This document shows positions 9,648-17,258 of a stretch of DNA of 64,000 bases, in pieces. The stretch is from Anaeromyxobacteraceae bacterium (GTDB taxonomy: Bacteria; Myxococcota; Myxococcia; Myxococcales; Anaeromyxobacteraceae), in NCBI GenBank assembly GCA_032654565.1, contig JAULAX010000015.1, forward strand, positions 256,001 through 320,000. Reading direction: 5' to 3'. The translations under genes and the position numbers were made by a program. How positions within the stretch are numbered: position 1 is the first letter of the stretch; each line of letters starts with the position of its first letter. The notes under the pieces were generated by a model, which saw only the letters and a program-made list of their open reading frames with translations, had not been told where the DNA came from and searched no databases.

Positions 9648-10337
9648 CTAAAACAGGTCCTTTTGCGGAAGCACGGCGGGCCTCGCTGCCTCAGGTCTCG
9701 TAACTTCCGGGTCTTCATGGATTCTGGCGAGTTCCACCCCTAGCCTTTTGCCGTACTTCGAATAGCGCTTCTCCATGTACGATACCTGCACCGGCGAAAC
9801 ACCAAAGAAGCATAGCTGGCCGAGTCTAACGCCTGGTGTGAGCTTCACTGGTAGCTTTCCGGAATTCATCAGTTCAAACGTCAGTGCCCCCTCAAACCCT
9901 GGATCTACGAAGCCGGCAGTTGCATGAATCTGGAGCCCGAGGCGCCCAAAGGAACTCCTACCCTCAATCCTCGCTGCAATATCGCGCGGGAGGCGGATAT
10001 ATTCCAGCGTGTGCGCCAGAGCGAATTCTCCCGGATGGAGGACGAAGTAGCCGTCTGGGGCTATCTGCCGCACCAAGGCATAGTTCGTCGTTTGTTCCTC
10101 GACGCTTTCCTTGCCAGCGCCAAGGTCGATGTGCGTGTTGCCGCTTGTCTTTGTGGTGACGAGTTCTGTGCCGAGCCTTACATCCAGCGAGCTCGGTCCT
10201 AGTTGAGCCCTAAGGTCGATCAGTGGGCTTACAAATATGCAGTCGTCGCCCTCTGCCACCAGACGCTCAAGAATCTCCATGTCTGACAGCATGACCAACT
10301 GCCTTTGGTTACCACTCGCGCCGCTTGGCTCGATCAT
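9648..10337 (-). CDS. dcd: dCTP deaminase (trimeric dUTPase superfamily)
   Basis: PSSLDVRLG, LHPGEFALAHTLE, EGRSSFGRLGL, IHATAGFVDPGFEG, TFELMN, GQLCF motifs all intact. Confidence 0.92.
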   Translation of the reverse strand: MIEPSGASGNQRQLVMLSDMEILERLVAEGDDCIFVSPLIDLRAQLGPSSLDVRLGTELVTTKTSGNTHIDLGAGKESVEEQTTNYALVRQIAPDGYFVLHPGEFALAHTLEYIRLPRDIAARIEGRSSFGRLGLQIHATAGFVDPGFEGALTFELMNSGKLPVKLTPGVRLGQLCFFGVSPVQVSYMEKRYSKYGKRLGVELARIHEDPEVTRPEAARPAVLPQKDLF

Positions 10338-10339
10338 GG

Positions 10340-11749
10340 CTACACCAGAGCGCTACCTTTTTTGAGTTGTCTTTGGATGCTGCTCGACCTAATGGAGCTA
10401 GCAAGAAGCGCGTCTAGCCGCGCCAGAGTGGCACAGTGTTCCTCTACATCCCTTCGCGTAATGGTCGGTCTATCGCAGAACGCCGAGAGAGCTTCGTGCC
10501 GGCGAAGAGCACCGGCGGTCAGAATCGTGCCCGGATCTAGAGGCTCCTCCGCGAACTTGTTGGCCAGCTTTTCAAATGCCTTCACTTGGTCCTGCCGCGC
10601 TGCAAATCCCTGACCCTTGTATGCCTTGATCTCGTCTCGTAGCTCTTTGCGCGGCAGTCCCTGCGCGCCGATTGGCAGGTTGGCCTCAAGCCGGATCTTG
10701 CATCTGGCGAGCGAGTCCCCGTTGCCATTGAAGGGCCTGAGGTCCAGGCGGTCCAAGTCGGCGTAGATCGCGTCCGCAAGTGGCGCTACCAACTCCCTGT
10801 ACATGCTGCTCGGCCTCTGCGCCTCCGCAGCCACCTGCGCCGACGGACCGAGATACTGGGAGAGGCTTTCTACCGCAGACGGGTATTCGTCGAACTCCTC
10901 GCCTGCGATGTCTGCCAGAAGGCGGGCGTGAGTCTTCACTGCGTTCAGGCGCCAACTCGTCGCAGGATAGGCTTTGCTGTACGCATCCGTCGGTCTGCCA
11001 GGTACTAGACAATAGGACATGCTAACTAGAGCTAGCAGCGCCGCCGGCCCCAGTACCCGAGAAGCGATAGCATCGGCCGCCAATTCGCGGGACCAATTCG
11101 TCAGCATATCTCGACTTTGAGGCGCCGCCCTAGCGAACTTCGACATAGCCCGCTTCGAGAGTTCGGCTTTGTTGTCGATCGCGTGGCCCAACTCGTGGGC
11201 AAGTATCGACCACGCCAACGGCGAGTCGTGGTCGCAAATGGCCAGCAGCAGAACGATGTTTTTCTCGAGGCCCTGGGCGAACTGTTGGAAGCCTGGAATC
11301 TGGCTCACAATCTCTTCTGCGAAATCAAACTCGAACGCGTTGAATACGCTGCCGAGCATGACCGCTGGGTGTTGCTGGAGATAGTGGTCCCCAAATGAGT
11401 GCTCCAACGACGCCAACGCCTCTGGAGCCACCCGCAAGCGAGGAAGGTATGTGAGAAGCTCATGGGTCTTCGAGAACCATGTGGAGAAGGCAGCGAGATC
11501 CCCGTACACACCGGCCAGATGATGTGTTGTGGGCAACAGAGATAGCTGGCGCGCGCTCTCGAAGGACTCGATGACAACGTCCTCTATTGATCGGAGAGCC
11601 GACCGAATAGTCGCAGCAACCTGGGCGTATTCTCCGTTTTCGCCAGGCCCTACTCGCTTTAGGTAACGTTGGATTCTAGCGCTTCGCTCAAACAGCTCTG
11701 CGGCAATGCGCTTGAGAACTCTAAGCGAGTCTTCCGGCATGAGCGCCAA
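10340..11749 (-). CDS. Uncharacterised HExxH-motif protein (zincin-like)
   Basis: SPLAWSILAHELGH followed by WSRELAADAIA..VLGP; stop 2 nt before the dcd ATG. Confidence 0.75.
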   Translation of the reverse strand: MALMPEDSLRVLKRIAAELFERSARIQRYLKRVGPGENGEYAQVAATIRSALRSIEDVVIESFESARQLSLLPTTHHLAGVYGDLAAFSTWFSKTHELLTYLPRLRVAPEALASLEHSFGDHYLQQHPAVMLGSVFNAFEFDFAEEIVSQIPGFQQFAQGLEKNIVLLLAICDHDSPLAWSILAHELGHAIDNKAELSKRAMSKFARAAPQSRDMLTNWSRELAADAIASRVLGPAALLALVSMSYCLVPGRPTDAYSKAYPATSWRLNAVKTHARLLADIAGEEFDEYPSAVESLSQYLGPSAQVAAEAQRPSSMYRELVAPLADAIYADLDRLDLRPFNGNGDSLARCKIRLEANLPIGAQGLPRKELRDEIKAYKGQGFAARQDQVKAFEKLANKFAEEPLDPGTILTAGALRRHEALSAFCDRPTITRRDVEEHCATLARLDALLASSIRSSSIQRQLKKGSALV

Positions 11750-12179
11750 GCTCGCTGTGCTGGTTCAGGCCGATTGCCCTGAGGCGAAGCGTATGCAGCG
11801 TGTCCCTGAGAGAGCTCGCCGCCGTCTTCGACAGGCTGCGAGTTGAGGCGAGTTCGCCTAGCTGGGATGCGAGTCTTTCGGCGATCTCAAGGTTGTCCAA
11901 GAGTACAGGCGAGACAACGCGTGCCACACTCTCAAGCGCTGCTTCAAGGTCGCGGCGGAGCTTTGGTTCGCGAATAACGTCCGCAGGGAGCTTCCACCCC
12001 CCCCGATACCTGTCCGCGACTTCCTTGCAGTGGGTCGCAAGAAGGGCAACCGCCTTGAGCTCTTCACCGGAAGGGGGGACTTGGGCTTCCACCTTGAGTG
12101 CGGCGTGGGTGGCTCGTCCTATCCAGAGGTCGACAGCAAGCGGGCTCGGAGACCCCTCGGTTTGCCACGATGCAGGCAT
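11721..12179 (-). CDS. Hypothetical helical protein, ~152 aa, first gene of the dcd operon
   Basis: GGAGG RBS before ATG 12179; 3' end overlaps the start of the HExxH gene. Confidence 0.65.
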   Translation of the reverse strand: MPASWQTEGSPSPLAVDLWIGRATHAALKVEAQVPPSGEELKAVALLATHCKEVADRYRGGWKLPADVIREPKLRRDLEAALESVARVVSPVLLDNLEIAERLASQLGELASTRSLSKTAASSLRDTLHTLRLRAIGLNQHSELGAHAGRLA

Positions 12180-12369
12180 GCCGCCCTCCAAGGATGATCA
12201 GGCGACTCAAATTGCCAGACGCCGCAGGAAAGTCAAGATATTTGAACGGTTACGCTCCCGAAACCAAGCGCGATGTGGTCTGGTGATCCGCCCCGCCGGT
12301 TGGCGCCGGTACTACCGCGGGTTTGATGCGGCGTGCGTGATCGAAGTGGTTGGGCGTCTGGGCTCCTAT

Positions 12370-12810
12370 TAGCGTCCAGCTGAGTGGTGTACGGAGCTGA
12401 CCGCGAGAAGGGCGGCCTCCGCGTCATCCTTGAGGACGCCCTAGCCGGGTGATTTCCGGCAGGGAGAAGACGACGGCCGCCTCGGCCTGCATCGATGCGA
12501 TTGACTGGCTTCGCAAGCAGATCGAGGAGACGGCGACGGATCCGCTGAATACCGTGCTCACGACGATGGTCCGCGCGCTGATGAGCGCCAAAGTCGACGC
12601 CGTCCGCGGCGCCGGCTACGGCGAGCGGCACCACGACCGGGCCAACAGCCGCAACGGCTACCGAGGGACGCCGTGGGACACGCGGATGCTGGAGCGGGTC
12701 TACGGCCGGCAGACGCCGGAGCAGTTGGCGGGGCTCATGGCGCGGGCGAAGAGCATTAGCATCGTATCAGCCACCTCGGGTTCGGCTGGATCCAGTGGAC
12801 CGGGTGACTC
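12370..12810 (+). pseudogene. Chimeric relic: IS256-family transposase 5' fragment joined to a tyrosine-integrase 3' fragment
   Basis: LMSAKVDAVRGAGYGER..DRANSRNGYR..WDTR is an IS256 N-terminal signature; it continues as DTRMLERVYGR, matching DTRMVERVYGR of the island integrase. Confidence 0.8.
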
Positions 12811-12911
12811 CACCGCTCGCCCGCCATATAGGGGTGGACAGGACGCTTCCGCCCCGAGTACGGGTTTATGATACTCTTAGCCAAAGATTGCCTATCAAAG
12901 GGGGACGACAA

Positions 12912-13568
12912 GTGGCTCTTCAGCCCGTTTACTTGGTTGCTGCGAAGAACCTTGGACCCTTCCTTGAGGCGCTCCGCCGTGCTCAGGCGCCTGAGAAGGT
13001 CGCGCTCAAGGTTCTCGAGAGTCTTGGATTCAAGAGTACGAACGACCGGCTATTCATTCCACTCCTAAAGGCGATGAAGTTCGTCGATGAGGCCGGCAAG
13101 CCGACTGCGCGCTACCATTCGTTTCTGGATGATACAGTCTGGAAGCGCGTGCTTGCGGATGGCGTTCGCGACGCCTACTCGGACCTCTTCAGGATCAACC
13201 GGACGGCCCACACGCTCTCGCGCGAGCAGCTGACCGGCAAGCTCAAGAGCCTCGGCGAAGGGAAGCTGTCGCCTGCAATTCTGGCGAACACCACTAAGAC
13301 GTTCCTCGAACTCGTCAAGTTGGCGGATTTCTCTGCTCTCCCATCGCCGTCAGGTACCGCGCCGACCGACGAGACCGAGAAGGCGGCGGACGAATATGTC
13401 GAGACACCCGCCACTGGCTACCCACCCGCGCCTTGCGTTCAGGCGTCTGCGCTTCCGGGTTTCGCACCCTCGCTCGTTTATCGCATCGAGATCGTGCTTC
13501 CGGCAGTTCGGGACCAGGCGGTCTACGACGCGATCTTCCGCAGCGTACGGGAGCACCTCCTTCGGTGA
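12912..13568 (+). CDS. DUF5343-like protein
   Basis: AQAPEKV..KVLESLGFKSTNDRLFIPLLKAMKFVDEAGKPTARY and C-terminal YRIEIVLP...YDAIFRS, recognised by eye. Confidence 0.75.
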   Translation: MALQPVYLVAAKNLGPFLEALRRAQAPEKVALKVLESLGFKSTNDRLFIPLLKAMKFVDEAGKPTARYHSFLDDTVWKRVLADGVRDAYSDLFRINRTAHTLSREQLTGKLKSLGEGKLSPAILANTTKTFLELVKLADFSALPSPSGTAPTDETEKAADEYVETPATGYPPAPCVQASALPGFAPSLVYRIEIVLPAVRDQAVYDAIFRSVREHLLR

Positions 13569-13576
13569 GTTCGACA

Positions 13577-14152
13577 ATGGACCTCTACTCATTTGTTTAC
13601 CGAGGTGTTCTGGCAGAGGAAGCAGTGGAGAAGGCGCTTCCAGCACGCGCGGCCACCGGGGAGTTGAATCTGCCCGAGATGGACATCCAGCGTCGATTGC
13701 CTCTCGAGATCCTCGATGATGCCCTCGTGGCGTCCGCCAAGAAGATGGCATGGGTGTATACGGCGATCGCCGCGTTTGAGAACGGTGTTAGAGGGTTTAT
13801 CGAGGAGCGCCTTCTTGAGAAAGTCGGCGCCACTTGGTGGGATACTGCTGTCTCCGCCGCGATCAAGGGTGACGCAGAGAAGAGAAGGAAGGACGAGGAG
13901 CAGATCCGCTGGCACGGTTCGCGCGGGAGTTCCCACCTTGCATACGTTCAACTCGAAGACTTGGCAGTCATCGTCCAGAACAACCATCAGCACTTCAAGG
14001 ATCTGATCCCCAGTATTGAGTGGGCCCGGGAGATCTTCCGCACATTGACGCGGTCGCGAAACGTGATCATGCACAGCGGGCAATTGACACTGGCCGATGT
14101 CGAGCGCGTCGCCATGAATATCCGCGATTGGATTCGCCAAGTCGGTGGGTGA
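13577..14152 (+). CDS. Swt1-like HEPN domain protein (putative RNase)
   Basis: AAFENGVRGFI and the Rx4H motif RNVIMH; starts 8 nt after the DUF5343-like stop. Confidence 0.8.
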   Translation: MDLYSFVYRGVLAEEAVEKALPARAATGELNLPEMDIQRRLPLEILDDALVASAKKMAWVYTAIAAFENGVRGFIEERLLEKVGATWWDTAVSAAIKGDAEKRRKDEEQIRWHGSRGSSHLAYVQLEDLAVIVQNNHQHFKDLIPSIEWAREIFRTLTRSRNVIMHSGQLTLADVERVAMNIRDWIRQVGG

Positions 14153-14246
14153 CGGCTACACGGGCAGCTGCGGCCGGCACCTTCGTCAATCCGGCGCCCT
14201 TCCTGAAGGGTGGACCAACGACTAGTAGCCGCAGAAATGAGCTCGC

Positions 14247-14355
14247 TGGTCCGCGCGGACCAACTCGCACATTTTCGGCGAGGGGCTTCCTGGTCCACAT
14301 GGACCGGCGCGGGGGTCGGTGTGGAATTCGCGCTGCTGGTCCGCGCGGACCAGCA
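14247..14355. repeat. Three 16-bp palindromes TGGTCC-N4-GGACC(A/G), ~45-bp period
   Basis: TGGTCCGCGCGGACCA 14247-14262, TGGTCCACATGGACCG 14291-14306, TGGTCCGCGCGGACCA 14337-14352. Confidence 0.85.
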
Positions 14356-14527
14356 CGCGGTTTTCTGAGACAACGCGCGTTGACCCCTGTCACCGCGGGT
14401 GTCCTCTCACAAGGACAGGATTGGGAACGACCCGGGTGGCGGGGTTGAGCACGACCTTCGGCCCGTAAGCCATCGAAACGAGGGCCTCAGCCCCGCCGCC
14501 ACCGAGCTGACAACGGCGCGAGGTGAG

Positions 14528-14592
14528 GCCCGCCAACTGCCCGACCCCACTCCCCCAGAGACCTGGATAGTGGGGTCGGGCAGTTGGTGGGC
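14528..14592. repeat. 24-bp inverted repeat (long hairpin)
   Basis: GCCCGCCAACTGCCCGACCCCACT and AGTGGGGTCGGGCAGTTGGTGGGC pair at 23 of 24 positions, the remaining one a G-T wobble. Confidence 0.85.
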
Positions 14593-14731
14593 AGGGAGGA
14601 GAGTTCTTGGGAGGCGGTGGGGCAAAGGTGAGGAATTGGAACGGTCATCTCGGTTCGGGTCCAGGTCTGTGGGATGGAGTCATGGATTCAAGTTCAAACC
14701 AGAAACGACACATGTGGGACGGGCGGCTGTG

Positions 14732-14760
14732 TTGCAGAGCATCGAGCGTGTCTGTACATT
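14732..14760 (+). promoter_or_regulatory. Putative sigma70 promoter
   Basis: TTGCAG-N17-TACATT upstream of the RHH-like gene. Confidence 0.45.
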
Positions 14761-14804
14761 AAGATAGTCATGAGTCTGACACAGAAGACTGGAGGGGGCG
14801 AGCG

Positions 14805-15143
14805 ATGGCATCGAGGAAGGCGGCTGTGACGGGTCGCGACATGCTGACGACCGAGAAGATCATGCAGACCTTCCGGATGCCGAAGGAGCTGGTGGCGGGA
14901 CTCCGGGCCGAGGCGGACCGGAAGGGGCTCGACCTCACGGCGCTCGTCGTCAAGCTGACCAACGCCTTCCTCGACGACTTCGGCCTCCCGGAGGCGGCGA
15001 CGACGGTCCTCGACGAGGACCGGGCGGCGCTCAGGATGGACCGGTACACCTACCTGCTCCACCTGCTCTTCCAGCGGAGCCTGGCCGTCCGGGACCAGGG
15101 GCCTGGCTTCGATGCCCCGGGCAAGGGACGGAAGGGGCGCTAG
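14805..15143 (+). CDS. Small ribbon-helix-helix-like DNA-binding protein
   Basis: KIMQTFRMPKELVAGLRAEADRKGLDLTALV resembles the CopG/Arc beta-alpha-alpha pattern; GGAGG RBS. Confidence 0.6.
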   Translation: MASRKAAVTGRDMLTTEKIMQTFRMPKELVAGLRAEADRKGLDLTALVVKLTNAFLDDFGLPEAATTVLDEDRAALRMDRYTYLLHLLFQRSLAVRDQGPGFDAPGKGRKGR

Positions 15144-15566
15144 GTGATCCCTGCTGGCGCGATTCCCGGTAAGTCACGCCTCGTGAAGAGGTTCTGGCTC
15201 TTCCTGTGGGCGCCGGTGTTGACGATGCTGATTGGCCTCCCGCTGGCGGAAGGGCCCTTCTCAGGTGACCCGCGTGGCCTGTGGGCCCCCTACACCCTGA
15301 TCGCTCTCCCCTTCTACGTAGGCATCGTCGCAGCTCCGGGCTACCTCGCGGCCTTGCTGACTGATCCGGCGTGGCTTCACGCGACGCAGTGGCGGAGGCT
15401 TTGGATCCGGCTCAGCCTTGGAATGACCCTGCTGTGCGCGGCAGCCGCCACGGCCGGTGGTTTGGTCATGGTTCTCTTCCTGGTCCCCGCCCTGTGGACC
15501 CTCGTCGGAACCGTCGTTGTCTGGCGGCTTTTTGAGCGCGCTGGCCGAGAGGCCGGCGGAGGCTGA
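15144..15566 (+). CDS. Hypothetical membrane protein (~4 TM)
   Basis: Several hydrophobic segments; abuts the upstream gene. Confidence 0.55.
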   Translation: MIPAGAIPGKSRLVKRFWLFLWAPVLTMLIGLPLAEGPFSGDPRGLWAPYTLIALPFYVGIVAAPGYLAALLTDPAWLHATQWRRLWIRLSLGMTLLCAAAATAGGLVMVLFLVPALWTLVGTVVVWRLFERAGREAGGG

Positions 15567-15609
15567 CGTGGACCTCGACACCGGCAAGATCCGGCTCGGG
15601 CTGGTCACG

Positions 15610-15940
15610 ATGTGGGTCTCGGCCACCGAGGTCCGGCGCGCGCTGGGTTGCTCCAGGGCGGCCGCCTACGAGCACCTGCACCGCGCCGCAGGGCGCCAGC
15701 CGGGCGTCCACGGCCTGCTCAGGGTCCCGTTACATGTCTGGGAGTCGTACGTCGCGGAGGTGTTCGCATGCGGGTCTTCAAGCGCGGGCGGGTCTGGTAC
15801 GCCCTGGTTCTACGAGGACGGAGTCCGGGTCCAGCGGTCCACCCAGTGCCACGACCGCAAGGCCGCCGAGGTCCGCGCCCGGGAGTTCGAGCGGGACGCC
15901 GCCGATCCCGCCCACGCAGCCGCGGCCAAGGCGAGCCTGA
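15610..15940 (+). CDS. Excisionase/AlpA-like HTH protein (end inferred after removing the extra C at 15802-15804)
   Basis: MWVSATEVRRALGCSRAAAYEHL HTH pattern directly upstream of and overlapping the integrase start. Confidence 0.55.
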
Positions 15941-17079
15941 GCGACGCGCTGCAGCTCCTGCTCACCCAACGGCGCGAGCAGGCGGCCGCCGGCCGGCGCA
16001 GCTTCGAGACGGTCCACTTCTACGAGACCAAGGCCGGCCACTTCGTCCGCCTCCTGGAGACGGCCGAGGACGGCTCCTACGCCCCCTTCCCGCTCGCCAG
16101 CCTCCAGGCGCGCCACGTGGACGCCTACATCTCGCAGCGCCGCTCCGAGGGGGTGCGGGAGGCCACCATCGCCAAGGAGCTGGTGACGCTCCGGGCCGCG
16201 CTCAAGGCCGCGGTCCGCGCCGGCCTCTGGTTCGGGAACCCGGCCGCGGTCCTCCCCATCGCTTTCGCGCCCGAGTACCGGCCACGCGACCGGTTCCTCA
16301 CGCCGGCCGAGCTCACGAAGGTCCTCGGCGCGCTGCTGGCCGACCAGGCCGCCCGGGTGGCCTTCATCGTGGCTACCAGCGCCTGCTGGGGCGAGTCGTG
16401 CCGGGCCATGCGGGTGGATGTCACCGAGGGGCTCTCGGCGGTCTTCATCCGCGGGACCAAGCGCAGCACACGGCTGCGAACCGTTCCCATCGTCGGCGAG
16501 ACCTCGCGGTCGCTGCTGGAGTACGCGCTCACCTACGCGGCCGGCGACGACGGCCTGATCTTCCGGTCCTGGTCGAACGTGCGCCGCGACCTGCACGCCG
16601 CCTGCGTCGCGGTGGGGATCCCGCCCTGCTCGCCCAACGACCTGCGGCGCACCTGCGCCACCTGGCTGCGGGCGGCCGGTGCCTCCCCCGACCTCATCGC
16701 GCCGGTGCTCGGACACGCCGACACGAGGATGGTCGAGCGGGTCTACGGTCGGCTGCCCCTCGAGGACCTCCGGAGGCAGCTCGCTCACGCCATCGGGGCA
16801 GATTGCAGCGCCGGTGCAGCAGAACCGCCGGGAAACGCCATCCAGGACTGCAGCGCCGGTGCAACAGAGCGAGTGGAAAAGGGCGATTTCAGCGGATCTG
16901 CTGGACCAGGTGGACTCGAAGCCGATGACGACCTCGGCGCCACCTCGACGCCCGAAAACAAGAGGCCCCGCGAGAACTTGCGTTCGCGCGGGGCCGAGAT
17001 GTCGGACGAGATGAAAGTGCCTGGACCCGGAATCGAACCAGGGACACGGGGATTTTCAGTCCCCTGCTCTACCAGCTGA
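15768..17079 (+). CDS. Tyrosine recombinase/integrase with an apparent +1 frameshift at 15802-15804; frame reads through the att core
   Basis: GGAGG RBS then MRVFKRGRVWYA|WFYEDG; RGTK, NDLRRT, LGHADTRMVERVY catalytic motifs; stop TGA lies within the antisense of tRNA-Phe. Confidence 0.88.
16955..16995 (-). terminator. Intrinsic terminator of tRNA-Phe
   Basis: Minus strand GGCCCCGCGCGAAC-GCAA-GTTCTCGCGGGGCC followed by TCTTGTTTT. Confidence 0.75.
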
Positions 17080-17090
17080 GCTATCCAGGC
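17018..17090 (-). tRNA. tRNA-Phe(GAA), CCA not encoded
   Basis: GCCTGGATAGCTCAGCTGGTAGAGCAGGGGACTGAAAATCCCCGTGTCCCTGGTTCGATTCCGGGTCCAGGCA folds as a cloverleaf. Confidence 0.97.
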
Positions 17091-17258
17091 GTGCGGCGCG
17101 CCCCCGGCGGTTCAGCCGAGGGCGGTGCGTTTTACGATCACGGGCCCCGGGATGCAACCCCGCTGCGCCCTCCCCGGGGTCCCGGCCGACTCGGCCGACC
17201 GGCGGCCCGGCGGGCTGGCGCGCCGGTGGCCGGCGCCCGGCCCATCCCCACCGCCCGC

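Larger units (their letters stand above)
7897..17059. mobile_element. ~9.1-kb integrative element inserted in tRNA-Phe
   Basis: Flanked by direct repeats of the tRNA 3' end; tyrosine integrase next to the tRNA; cargo visibly lower in GC than the core genes. Confidence 0.9.

Noticed and set aside
9648..10337. AvcD-type defensive dCTP deaminase
   Set aside because: No HxE/PCxxC zinc motif or kinase domain; the motifs are those of the trimeric Dcd family.
14247..14352. Mini-CRISPR
   Set aside because: Repeats are only 16 bp, perfectly palindromic, three copies, with no cas genes or leader.
15457..17079. 540-aa Xis-Int fusion protein from the ORF track
   Set aside because: Explained by one extra C; Int has its own RBS and ATG at 15768.
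15768..17079. Classical integron integrase
   Set aside because: No IntI-specific insertion or attC sites recognised; the repeats derive from tRNA-Phe.
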